Both the position numbers and the translations under genes were made by a program. This document shows positions 9,829-19,368 of a DNA stretch of 64,000 nt, one piece after another. The stretch spans positions 96,001 to 160,000 of the forward strand of contig JBQLZK010000005.1 of assembly GCA_052168235.1 (NCBI GenBank). Reading direction: 5' to 3'. This DNA is from Thainema sp. (lineage in GTDB: Bacteria; Cyanobacteriota; Cyanobacteriia; Phormidesmidales; Phormidesmidaceae). The notes beneath the pieces are model-generated. The model was not told where the DNA came from, made no database searches, and worked only from the letters and a program-made list of their open reading frames with translations. Position 1 is the stretch's first letter; each line of letters opens with the position of its first letter.

Positions 9829-11079
9829 CTAACACCAAGTAGTAACTGGCGGTGTTGTCTCCACTAACCGCTTCCCCTTAGAAATCACGTGAGTGACCGT
9901 AGCGCGACGGCGAATTGCTTCATAGGGACTTTCAGCATTCAGCACGATCAGGTTCGCAGGCTTACCCACTTCAATGCCGTACTGATCTTCGATTTTGAGC
10001 GTTTTGGCTCCGTTCGTCGTCACCATGTTGAAACACGCTTCAATCTCAGGCATACCCGTCATTTGCGACACATGCACCGCCATTGCCGCTACGTCGATCA
10101 TGTTGCCCGTCCCTAAGCTGTACCAGGGATCTTGGATATCGTCGTGGCCAAGACTGACGTTGAGGCCACGCTGCCATAGTTCCTTCACTCGCGTCACGCC
10201 CCGTCGTTTCGGGTAGGTATCCATCCGTCCCTGGAGCGTAATATTCACCAGCGGATTGGAAATAAAGTTCATCTGCGATCGCACTAAGTTGCTCATCAGC
10301 TTGAAGGCATAGGCATTGTTGTAGGAACCAAACGCGGTTGTATGACTGGCCGTGACCCGCGACCCCATGCCGGAGCGAATTGTACAGGCCGCCATCACTT
10401 CCACAAAGCGGGACTGCTCATCGTCAATTTCGTCGCAGTGGACATCAATTAGCTTGTCGTATTTCTCGGCTAGTTGGAAAATACGTTGAATTGAGTTAAC
10501 ACCATCTTCGCGGGTCAGCTCATAGTGAGGAATTCCGCCGACGACATCCGCGCCCAACTTCAGGGCTTCTTCGATTAGCTCATCATTGCGCGGACTGCCA
10601 TAAATGCCGTCTTGGGGAAACGCCACCACTTGCAGCGTCATCCAGTCTTTGACCTCTTCTCGCACTTCCAGCAGCGCTTTCAGTGCCGTTAAAGTTTGCT
10701 CACTTACATCGGCATGACTGCGGACAAAGAGCACACCCTGCTGAGCCTGAAGCTTTAAAGTTGCGATCACACGTTGCTTCACGTCCTCCAGCGACAGCTC
10801 CTGCTTACGCTCTCGCCAGATTTCAATGCCCTCGAATAGAGTCCCGCTTTGATTCCAGCGGGGCTGTCCGGCTGTCAGCGCTGCATCAAGATGGACATGA
10901 GACTCAACAAAGGGTGGACTGACCAGTTGACCATTGATGTCGATGACTTCGGCTGTATCGTCGGGGGAAAGGTGAGGTGCGATCGCGCTGATTTTGCCTT
11001 CTCGAATTTCAATATCTACTAAATCGGGCTGCCCCAAAACACGACAGCCACGTAAGACCAGAGCAGCCGCAGTAGACAT
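9829..11079 (-). CDS. codA: Cytosine deaminase (amidohydrolase family)
   Basis: PFVESHVHLD, WNQSGTLFEGI, DVHCDE, TASH, LGHDDIQDPWY. Confidence 0.93.
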   Translation of the reverse strand: MSTAAALVLRGCRVLGQPDLVDIEIREGKISAIAPHLSPDDTAEVIDINGQLVSPPFVESHVHLDAALTAGQPRWNQSGTLFEGIEIWRERKQELSLEDVKQRVIATLKLQAQQGVLFVRSHADVSEQTLTALKALLEVREEVKDWMTLQVVAFPQDGIYGSPRNDELIEEALKLGADVVGGIPHYELTREDGVNSIQRIFQLAEKYDKLIDVHCDEIDDEQSRFVEVMAACTIRSGMGSRVTASHTTAFGSYNNAYAFKLMSNLVRSQMNFISNPLVNITLQGRMDTYPKRRGVTRVKELWQRGLNVSLGHDDIQDPWYSLGTGNMIDVAAMAVHVSQMTGMPEIEACFNMVTTNGAKTLKIEDQYGIEVGKPANLIVLNAESPYEAIRRRATVTHVISKGKRLVETTPPVTTWC

Positions 11080-11176
11080 AGCTGAACACCTCGCAAAACG
11101 ATGCCCTGACTATAGCAAGAGTCGCTATGAAAAAATGTAAGTTCAGATCATATCCAAGCCTGTGTATAAGCATCCA

Positions 11177-11215
11177 TTTTTGTGAAATGCCTGCTTCGCA
11201 GGCATTTCACAAAAA
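11177..11215. repeat. 18-bp perfect palindrome with triloop (core of a longer repeat element)
   Basis: TTTTTGTGAAATGCCTGC-ttc-GCAGGCATTTCACAAAAA; related to 12822-12868. Confidence 0.85.
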
Positions 11216-11251
11216 CAAACTAGTGTTTTCGACCCACCTGAACCATAAGTT

Positions 11252-12727
11252 TTATTCGGGAACCCAGACCGAAACTGAACCAGCCGCACAGCAAAAATCA
11301 GCCCATCCTTCATCATTCGTTGTGACTGGTTCGCTGATGTGTTCTGTGATGTCGATATAGGTGCAGTTCGGCTGACCTACTTCCATCCACTTGGTTCCCG
11401 CATCGCCGTTGCTGAGCACAACCGCCATGCCGCTGGGATGTTCTTCATCACCTAACCGCGTCCAGCCAATCGTATTGGCATGGTCAAAATAGTCATACTG
11501 ATCGCCATAGGCGTAGGTTTGACGAGCATGAAGGAATTTATCAATCAGCCACTGATGGCTGTCAAGCCAGATTTCGTACTCATTGCCGTCGCGTCCGGTA
11601 TCGGTGTAGTGAGCACCATAGTAATCAGCATAGAAAATACAGGGGTAGCCCTCGCGCCGTAGCAGAATGAGTGCATAGGCTAGGGGTTTGAACCAGCCCT
11701 CGACCACCGACTCTAGCGCCTGCAATGGTTGAGAATCGTGATTATCAACCAGCGTAACGGCTAAGGCGGGCTGATGCTGCACCAGGGTGCCATCGAAAAT
11801 TTGCCGCATGTCATAGTTGTTGCCCTGGGTGCTAGCAACCCTGAAGTTGTAGTGCAGCGGCGCATCAAACAGCATCACATCGCCACCTGTCAGCCCGATA
11901 AAGTGGTGCAAAGCCTCAACATCGTAAGACCAATATTCACCCACCGCAAAGAGGGGTCGGCCTGCTTGTTTGCGACAGTGGACTAACCACTGGGGAAAGA
12001 AACCCGCTTTGACATGCTTGACGGCATCAAACCGAAATCCGTCTACATCGGTTGTATCGACGTACCAGGCTCCCCACTGCTTTAGCTCATCCTGAACGTC
12101 AGGATCCTCCATGTCGAGATCGCAACCCATCAAATAGTCAAACGCGCCTTTTTCCAGGTCAACATTGTCATCAAATTTCTTGCCTTTAAACAGGTAAATC
12201 GCGTCTTGGCCTTCGTCATAGGCGTTGTAATCCACGGCATCGAAATGCCACCAGTGCCACTCAAAGTCGGAATATTTGCCCTCGCGACCGGGAAAGGTAA
12301 AGTGCGTCCAAACTTTAACGGTTTGCATCTCGCCAATGGGCTGATGGCGATCGTCAGGATTAAAGGGAGTCGCTTCTACCTCTTCCGCCTCATCTGCTCC
12401 TAGTTTGTGGTTGAACACGACATCGGCGTAGACACGCATACCAGAAGTTTTGGCAGCCTTGATCGCAGCGAGATATTCATCTTTGGTGCCGTACTTTGTT
12501 CGGACGGAGCCTTTTTGATCAAACTCGCCCAAATCATACAGATCGTAGACTCCGTAGCCAACATCGTATCCACCTGCTGTGCCTTTATAAGCAGGCGGTA
12601 ACCAAACCGACGTGACTCCAGCATCAGCTAATTCTTGAACTCTATCTGCGAACTCATTCCAAAGACTGCCATCGGGTGGAATGTACCAATGGAAGTACTG
12701 CATCATCACGCCATTCAATTGAGCCAT
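11252..12727 (-). CDS. amyA: Cytoplasmic alpha-amylase (GH13)
   Basis: NGVMMQYFHWY, VWLPPAYKG, DVVFNH, DGFRFDAVKH, VGEYW, VDNHDSQ; start at MAQLNG, since the upstream extension runs through a palindrome. Confidence 0.93.
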   Translation of the reverse strand: MAQLNGVMMQYFHWYIPPDGSLWNEFADRVQELADAGVTSVWLPPAYKGTAGGYDVGYGVYDLYDLGEFDQKGSVRTKYGTKDEYLAAIKAAKTSGMRVYADVVFNHKLGADEAEEVEATPFNPDDRHQPIGEMQTVKVWTHFTFPGREGKYSDFEWHWWHFDAVDYNAYDEGQDAIYLFKGKKFDDNVDLEKGAFDYLMGCDLDMEDPDVQDELKQWGAWYVDTTDVDGFRFDAVKHVKAGFFPQWLVHCRKQAGRPLFAVGEYWSYDVEALHHFIGLTGGDVMLFDAPLHYNFRVASTQGNNYDMRQIFDGTLVQHQPALAVTLVDNHDSQPLQALESVVEGWFKPLAYALILLRREGYPCIFYADYYGAHYTDTGRDGNEYEIWLDSHQWLIDKFLHARQTYAYGDQYDYFDHANTIGWTRLGDEEHPSGMAVVLSNGDAGTKWMEVGQPNCTYIDITEHISEPVTTNDEGWADFCCAAGSVSVWVPE

Positions 12728-12821
12728 GTACAGCCTCGACTTTTTAGAGAGGAAAAAGAAAACGAGATGAAAAAAGACGCGAAAACGTGTAATCAGATGA
12801 AATCCAGTTAGAAACCTATTA

Positions 12822-12868
12822 TTTGTTTTTGTGAAACGCTTGCTAAGCAAGCGTTTCACAAAAACAAA
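12822..12868. repeat. 22-bp perfect palindrome with triloop
   Basis: TTTGTTTTTGTGAAACGCTTGC-taa-GCAAGCGTTTCACAAAAACAAA. Confidence 0.85.
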
Positions 12869-13072
12869 CAGGGTTCTCATACACGGATTTGATATCAGAT
12901 GACTATACTCTGAGAAAATCTTTTCCGTCTCTCTATCGGCGGGCAGAGCTAATACTATTTCTTGATGGTGCTACAGATCAGATCAGCGTTGGGTGCGTCG
13001 GAGCCAGGGAGCGAAGGAGCTTTCATTTGTAGCCACAACTGCGAAAATCGCTATATGAGTCATACAAACAGC

Positions 13073-13111
13073 AAAAGCTCCCATCGATACTGGAACAACG
13101 ATGGAAGCTTT
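13073..13111 (-). terminator. Probable intrinsic terminator of ndhH
   Basis: Minus strand AAAGCTTCCATCG-loop-CGATGGGAGCTTTT. Confidence 0.55.
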
Positions 13112-13189
13112 CTTAGAAATTATGAACGGGTTAGAAATTTAGGAATAATAGATTGCGATCGCAACCCACCAACCCATAAACTTAGCGAC

Positions 13190-14374
13190 CTAACGGTCAA
13201 CCGATCCCATAATCACGTCGATGCTGCCCAAGATAGCCATAATGTCGGCTACCTTCACACCCTTGAGCAGGGTTGGCAGAATTTGCAGGTTGTTGAAATC
13301 GGGTGGACGGATCTTCCAGCGCCAGGGGAAGACATTATCGTCACCAATGATGTAGATACCGAGTTCACCCTTACCCGTTTCCATACGGACATAGTGCTCA
13401 CCCGCCGGAATTTTGAACGTCGGCGCAATTTTCTTACCAATGAACTGGTAATCAAACTCGTTCCATTCCGACTTGGGCCCAGACGCCATCCGCTTGGCTT
13501 CTAGGTTCTCAAACGGACCACCCGGAATCATGTCGCAAGCTTGGCGAATGATTTTGACCGACTCGCGCATTTCGCGGATTCGCACGGCATAGCGAGCAAA
13601 GCAGTCGCCAGCGGTTTCCCACTGCACTTCCCAATCAAAGTCGTCGTAGCACTCGTAGTGATCGACCTTACGCAGATCCCACTTCACGCCCGAACCGCGC
13701 AGCATCGGGCCAGATAGTCCCCAGTTAATCGCATCTTCGCGGGTAATGGTGCCAATCCCTTCAACTCGGCGACGGAAGATGGGGTTGTCAGTAATCAGCC
13801 GCTCATACTCGTCCACCTTCGGCAAGAAGTAATCGCAAAAATCGCGACACTTATCCAGCCAGCCGTAGGGCAAATCGGCAGCAACGCCACCAATCCGGAA
13901 ATAGTTGTTATTAATCAGACGCTGACCTGTTGCAGCTTCCCACAGGTCATAGATCATCTCCCGTTCGCGGAAGATATAGAAGAACGGCGTTTGAGCGCCA
14001 ACGTCCGCCAAGAAGGGGCCAAGCCACAGCAGGTGATTGGCAATCCGGTTTAACTCCAGCATAATCACTCGGATATAGCTGGCTCGTTTCGGCACTTCAA
14101 TGTCGGCCAGTTGCTCCGGCGCATTCACCGTGATGGCTTCGTTAAACATGCCCGCTGCGTAGTCCCACCGACTGACGTAGGGGACAAACATGACGTTGGT
14201 GCGGTTCTCGGCAATTTTCTCCATACCGCGATGGAGATAACCAATTACGGGTTCACAGTCAACCACATCTTCTCCATCCAGGGTGACGATTAGTCGTAAA
14301 ACCCCGTGCATGGAGGGATGGTGAGGCCCCATGTTGAGAACCATGGGTTCGGTTCGAGTCTCAATCCTAGGCAT
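13190..14374 (-). CDS. ndhH: NAD(P)H-quinone oxidoreductase subunit H
   Basis: [27 protein letters not shown], ends [11 protein letters not shown]. Confidence 0.98.
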   Translation of the reverse strand: MPRIETRTEPMVLNMGPHHPSMHGVLRLIVTLDGEDVVDCEPVIGYLHRGMEKIAENRTNVMFVPYVSRWDYAAGMFNEAITVNAPEQLADIEVPKRASYIRVIMLELNRIANHLLWLGPFLADVGAQTPFFYIFREREMIYDLWEAATGQRLINNNYFRIGGVAADLPYGWLDKCRDFCDYFLPKVDEYERLITDNPIFRRRVEGIGTITREDAINWGLSGPMLRGSGVKWDLRKVDHYECYDDFDWEVQWETAGDCFARYAVRIREMRESVKIIRQACDMIPGGPFENLEAKRMASGPKSEWNEFDYQFIGKKIAPTFKIPAGEHYVRMETGKGELGIYIIGDDNVFPWRWKIRPPDFNNLQILPTLLKGVKVADIMAILGSIDVIMGSVDR

Positions 14375-14702
14375 AGGTGTTGTTGTGTATCGGCTAGGAA
14401 ACGAATGAAATAGAGTTCAGTCCTAGATTAAAGTAGCTCAATCCGAGCCGCTGGTCTAATAAATACCGAATTCGCCAGAAAACCGAGATTGGTTTGATCA
14501 TCAGAACTCGTATTGACACGTGAACTCTCAATTCGTATAGATTTGTTGCACTCTTTCTACTATAGGAGATCTCGGTCAAACCGTGCCGTCATCCAGTCAG
14601 CCGTCTAGCGATTTTGGCCATAGTTAATCGGATTGAAACGATGCAGAATTCTTATGGTTTGAGCAAATGATTTGAGCAAATTCGTGGAACTGGTGTTACT
14701 TA

Positions 14703-14801
14703 GGAAGGCGGATTTAATAAGGTGAAATCTTTGAGGTAGGGACACGGCAGTGCCGTGTCCCTACGGATGAAACGGTTTACAGGCTATTTAATCCACAATC
14801 C
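14703..14801. mobile_element. 99-bp MITE, copy 1 (TTA flanks, imperfect TIRs, internal GTAG-REP)
   Basis: tta|GGAAGGCGGATTTAATA...GTAGGGACACGGCAGTGCCGTGTCCCTAC...TATTTAATCCACAATCC|tta; differs from copy 2 at 3 positions. Confidence 0.85.
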
Positions 14802-15592
14802 TTAGCTGACTGCTGACCAAACTGCTGTTCCCAGCGATCGTGATTTTCGCGAGCCACCTGCACAACGGGCGACGCGGAAACGAGCTTGAAGGCCAGCTCA
14901 TTGATCCAAGACAGCGGAGGACGCAGCGGACGGGCAATATCCAGGAACAGAACCGCTCGGTAGCCGTTTGTCTCGTTCCAGACCTCGTGGTAGAAGGTGT
15001 CGTCAAAAATCAGGCTTTTGCCTTCTTCCCAGTGAGTAATTTGTCCGTTGACGCGGATACGGCATTTATCTTGGGGTTCCGGTACGCGCAAACCTAGGTG
15101 ATAGCGCACCAGTCCTTTATGTTTGCCTCGGTGTTCGGGAATATGCTTACCGGGAGCCAGGATGGAGAAGAACGCCACCTTTAGTCCGGGAATGTCCTTA
15201 ATTAACTCCCAGGTTTGGGGACAGCGATCGCAGTTTCCCTTGGCCACATAATCGAAGGCGCAGAAGAAGTAGGTTTTCCAGAGGTTATCACCCGCGATTC
15301 GATTTTGCCGGGGCGAGATGTCCTGAAAGTTGGGTAGCGCATCGGCATATTCCAACACCTGATCCAGTTCTTGGCGGATCACCTGCCAGTTGTCTTCCAG
15401 AGACTGCGCCCAGGGAAATTGTTCGGTCTCAAAAAAAACGCGATCGCCCACTTTTGAGAACGAGCAGACAAATCGCTCAAACTGGCGATATAGCGCATGG
15501 TCAAAGACCGGATGCAAAGGGGTTTGGGGATCGAGCGGGGCGATGGGTATCGCTGCCTGGGGTTCAATTTGATTAACAGTTAGGCGGGTCAT
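14777..15592 (-). CDS. Aspartyl/asparaginyl beta-hydroxylase family Fe(II)/2OG dioxygenase (LpxO/OlsC-like)
   Basis: LEDNWQVIRQE, CPQT, FSILAPGKHIPEHRG, RYHLGL, WEEGKSLIFDDTFYHEVWN, RAVLFLD. Confidence 0.9.
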   Translation of the reverse strand: MTRLTVNQIEPQAAIPIAPLDPQTPLHPVFDHALYRQFERFVCSFSKVGDRVFFETEQFPWAQSLEDNWQVIRQELDQVLEYADALPNFQDISPRQNRIAGDNLWKTYFFCAFDYVAKGNCDRCPQTWELIKDIPGLKVAFFSILAPGKHIPEHRGKHKGLVRYHLGLRVPEPQDKCRIRVNGQITHWEEGKSLIFDDTFYHEVWNETNGYRAVLFLDIARPLRPPLSWINELAFKLVSASPVVQVARENHDRWEQQFGQQSAKDCGLNSL

Positions 15593-15619
15593 AGATTCGG
15601 AGAAATGCCAGATCTCGAA

Positions 15620-17326
15620 TTAAAGCAAAATGGGAGTCGGTTGAGCAAATCGAGGTAACGTCACCGTCTGTTCAACCACAAAGTCCGCCAGCAGGTTGCG
15701 ATCGCAACTAATGTGCGGAAACTTGAGCTGCGAGTTTTCCACTCCCGGTCGCAGCGGACGCTGACGCAAAATGTCAAAACTGCCCGCTGCCAGAATATTC
15801 AACTGCGGTGCCGGAATATCGTTATTTAGACGCTTCACCTCATAGGAATGGTTGTGCTGACACATCAGCTGGTCAAACATCGCCAGAAACCGCTCCGAAT
15901 GAGTCAGTATTTCACCCTCGGCTAATTCGATATTGAGGATATAGTGCGATCGCAGAATGTCCTCTGACAGCGTCACACAAAAATCTTCCAGTTGGATATC
16001 AAATTCCTGCTGGAGTAGCTTCAAAACCTGAATCACCTGATACTCAGAGGTTTTCTCGGTTGTGGCAGACAGGACACCGCCCTGCCGATAGCGAAACACA
16101 ATCAAAGGGGTTTGGTTATAGAACCCTTCAACTTGCACGACATCGCCAATATCGTAGCGATAGAAGCCCGCATAGTTTGTGATCAAAATCCGGTAGCGCT
16201 CTCCTACTTGTAATTCGTGTGGCAACAGCGTTTGGGGCTGATCTATGTCCCACTGATCTTCGGGAATGAACTCAAAAAAGTTGCTGCTGAGCGCTAAAAC
16301 CGTGCCATCGGTATTGAAATTGTGGTGAACGCCATAGGTCGATTCTGATGACGCATACGTACCACCGAAAATCGGCGTCTCGCCAAAGTACTCAGGGAAG
16401 CGCTCAAAATAAAAATCAGACGTGCCGCCACGGGCCGTGATGATACAAGATAGATCCGGCCAAGCAAACTGGGGAGTTAGCCGTCCTTCTCGATTCAGCA
16501 CTTGAGCCAGTTCTTTGGCCCGTTGGGGTGCTGCCCTGAACTGCCGCTGAAGTTGCGATCGCTCTTGAGGCGTCAGCGCAATATGACGTGAAATTTGACC
16601 ACTAGCTAGATCCTCTATCAGCCAATCCCCCTGACGCTCTAACTCATCACACAGTTGAAGCGCAATAAGCGGAAATGTAGCCGCAAATACACGCAGATGG
16701 GCATTCCGCAGCGCAAACAACAGCGACGTATAGTTACGCGCCTGAGTATCCTTGACCAGCATGGTCTCAAACGGCTGGGCAAAAATCTGACGGTATAGAC
16801 CATTGGCAAGCTGCACCGAGCCACCGCTGATATGACCGTAGTCAATACCACCGCTAGTCTTGCCAACTTTGCGCGCTGATCCCGTCAACAACGTCTTACC
16901 TAAGGGCAAATCCCGGCGCTGAGCCGCTTCAAACAGATAGCCCATAGCGCTTTGATTCGCTCGTCCAATAAATCGCTTTGAGCGTTTCGTTACCGGAATC
17001 ATCTTTTGGCTACCCGTTGAACCACTCGTCATATTGATATAAATCAGCGGATCAGGAGTGACGACGTTTTGCTCACCAGCCGCAGCCCGTTCCAGGTAAG
17101 GCTCATAGACACCGTAGGGCAAAATTGGTACTCGCTGACGAAATTCTGCCACCGTCGTAATACGATCCACGCCAAACGTTTGCCCCAGTTCGGTTCCTGA
17201 CTGAATCTTGAGTAAAGACTGTAAAAATTGTGCTTGAGCCTCAATCGATCGATACGTTTGCCGCTCTAGGTTAGCCTTGGCCCGTTTAGCCGCTAACCCA
17301 ATTAGCGAAAAGATTGGATTTTCCAT
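15620..17326 (-). CDS. GH3 family acyl-acid amido synthetase
   Basis: TSGSTGSQKMIP P-loop, YASSE, FFEFIP, GFYRYDIGDVV: the GH3/ANL motifs. Confidence 0.9.
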   Translation of the reverse strand: MENPIFSLIGLAAKRAKANLERQTYRSIEAQAQFLQSLLKIQSGTELGQTFGVDRITTVAEFRQRVPILPYGVYEPYLERAAAGEQNVVTPDPLIYINMTSGSTGSQKMIPVTKRSKRFIGRANQSAMGYLFEAAQRRDLPLGKTLLTGSARKVGKTSGGIDYGHISGGSVQLANGLYRQIFAQPFETMLVKDTQARNYTSLLFALRNAHLRVFAATFPLIALQLCDELERQGDWLIEDLASGQISRHIALTPQERSQLQRQFRAAPQRAKELAQVLNREGRLTPQFAWPDLSCIITARGGTSDFYFERFPEYFGETPIFGGTYASSESTYGVHHNFNTDGTVLALSSNFFEFIPEDQWDIDQPQTLLPHELQVGERYRILITNYAGFYRYDIGDVVQVEGFYNQTPLIVFRYRQGGVLSATTEKTSEYQVIQVLKLLQQEFDIQLEDFCVTLSEDILRSHYILNIELAEGEILTHSERFLAMFDQLMCQHNHSYEVKRLNNDIPAPQLNILAAGSFDILRQRPLRPGVENSQLKFPHISCDRNLLADFVVEQTVTLPRFAQPTPILL

Positions 17327-17771
17327 GCGAATCAAGTCCTCACACCACCTCAAACGATGCACTTGCTACTGATTGAACTGGATTTACAGAAATACATCAA
17401 TTTTTGTATCTTGTAATCCACTAGCCTTATCGATACAGCGCCCAATCATCTGAGCCTGAATGCATCACTCTGATAACCGATCACCGATTCGTCATTCCGG
17501 AAATTGTCACCTTTACACCAACTGGGATTTGGGTTTTAGCGGGAACAATCTCAGCCGAAATAGCCAAGCACCGTACTTGAGCAGAATGGCGATACATTTC
17601 TTAAGCCTAGGGTGGCTTCAGATCAAATGAAACAAAACATGGGCCAGATAGTGAATCGTCTTTCGTTGGCCTGCTCTCTTTATTCGCTGCAATATTCCAC
17701 CAGAACCGTTAGCTAACTCAGCTAATTTGCTCTGTATGATGAAGAAATATTGCAGATACTGCGACAGCGAG

Positions 17772-18263
17772 ATGACAACAATGGCCACAACTCAGATTCA
17801 AGAATTTCTATTTAATGGTGCCAACTGGTTTGCCTTACCCTTTTGGACACTGATGATTTTTCTGCCAAAGTGGCAAGTCACGAGGCGGGTGATGGCTTCC
17901 TATCTGCCATTCGTGGCGCTGGCAAGCGTGTATAGCTATTTCTTCACTACGAGTTTGGATCCACAAACCGCCGAAGCCTTTTCTGATCCTCAGCTTCAGC
18001 TCTCAACTCTAGCTCAACTGTTTTCTCAAGAATCAGTCATGGCAGCCGGTTGGGTACATTACATCGTCATGGATTTGTTTGTCGGGCGCTGGATTTATCA
18101 ACAGGGTCAGGCAACAGGCGTTTGGACAATTCATTCACTGATTCTCTGTTTGTTTGCTGGCCCCTTGGGTTTGCTGTCCCACATTCTGACTCAGTGGATC
18201 ACTCAAACGTTCTTCCCATCCTCTACTCAAGCAGATGCTGAACCTCAAGGAGAAGCAGCATAG
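17772..18263 (+). CDS. ABA4-like (DUF4281) membrane protein
   Basis: LPFWTLMIFLPKW, GWVHYIVMDLFVGRWIY, LCLFAGPLGLLSH. Confidence 0.88.
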   Translation: MTTMATTQIQEFLFNGANWFALPFWTLMIFLPKWQVTRRVMASYLPFVALASVYSYFFTTSLDPQTAEAFSDPQLQLSTLAQLFSQESVMAAGWVHYIVMDLFVGRWIYQQGQATGVWTIHSLILCLFAGPLGLLSHILTQWITQTFFPSSTQADAEPQGEAA

Positions 18264-18281
18264 CTAGGCTACTACCAAAGC

Positions 18282-18327
18282 AAAAGGGCAATTTATCACC
18301 ATATCACGATGACAAATTGCCCTTTTG
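18282..18327 (+). terminator. Intrinsic terminator after the ABA4-like gene
   Basis: AAAAGGGCAATTT...AAATTGCCCTTTT. Confidence 0.65.
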
Positions 18328-18412
18328 AGTTCCAAGCTCTAAATCGCAGGATGATAGAAATGGAGGTGCGGAATATGGCTAATGCTACTGACCGTCTTGC
18401 AATATCCTTTTA

Positions 18413-18511
18413 GGAAGGCGGATTTAATAAGGTGAAATCTTTGAGGTAGGGACACGGCATTGCCGTGTCCCTACAGATGAAACGGTTTACAGGTTATTTA
18501 ATCCACAATCC
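18413..18511. mobile_element. 99-bp MITE, copy 2 (same orientation as copy 1)
   Basis: tta|GGAAGGCGG...CCACAATCC|tta; near-identical to 14703-14801. Confidence 0.85.
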
Positions 18512-18548
18512 TTAGACCGTGAGTAGATAAGCCGAATCAACAAGATCA

Positions 18549-18728
18549 TCAACGTAGCGAATCTTGGATAACAGCTTCAGGCGCGAACCGACCACCTGCA
18601 CCACTTGTTCCACCTGGAAATTGATCTGGGGGACTCCCATTCGCTTGCGCAACGTTTGCACTTAAACCAACAGTAAACAAAGCAATTCCAATTCCTGTAG
18701 CCAGTAATCGACAATGACGAACGTACAT
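18549..18728 (-). CDS. Putative small secreted peptide (59 aa)
   Basis: Basic N-terminus, hydrophobic core and AQA cleavage site, then NGSPPDQFPGGTSGAGGRF... Confidence 0.55.
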   Translation of the reverse strand: MYVRHCRLLATGIGIALFTVGLSANVAQANGSPPDQFPGGTSGAGGRFAPEAVIQDSLR

Positions 18729-19368
18729 TTTTCCAAACCCGGTAGATGACCACTGAATCCTGAACATTGATCTCGACGAAATTCTCCGTGAACAAGTGGA
18801 ACTTATTCAGCACCATGACTCTTCTAAACAAGAGTATTCAGGGAGACATTTTCATCGAGTCATACAAAGTAGATGATGAAATGAGTCAGCATGTACTATT
18901 GAGTCTGTTTGGATAGGGCCCTATTCTTATTTAGACGCAATGCATCTGCTCCACATTTACAACTTAATAGTTGAAACTTATGGTAGTCAGCCGTGGCATC
19001 ACCTAAACGAAATTAAAGCCTCGGCAAACTTTCTGTAAACTCGGCTGAGGTAAGTTGGACCCCAAGCAAGTTCAGCTCAAACACAATACATATGGCATAT
19101 TACGTCCTGGGACAGAATGCCAAAATGATTTTGGGTGATTGATTTTATGATTAACCTTCGGCTAATCTTGGGCAGTTAAACTTTTGCGATCGCAAAAATC
19201 CAACTCCACAACTAACCTTAAAAATCGACCACACCAATCAATTGCAACAATCATTCTGGGATTTTACTGAATCAAATTCCGTATATAAAAGCAATCTCAG
19301 ACGACTGATAGTGCGACATTGTGAAGCTGAAATATCGTGAATGTGATGTTGTGAATATCATATTGTGA

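Noticed and set aside
12728..12880. 51-aa N-terminal extension of the amylase ORF
   Set aside because: Runs through a palindromic repeat; the family N-terminus begins at MAQLNG
12962..13504. 180-aa plus-strand ORF
   Set aside because: Largely antisense to ndhH, TTG start, no motif; treated as a shadow ORF like most short overlapping ORFs in the track
14703..18511. Possible CRISPR repeats (recurring ~28-bp palindromes)
   Set aside because: Copies are dispersed, not regularly spaced with unique spacers, and no cas genes are present; they are REP/MITE elements
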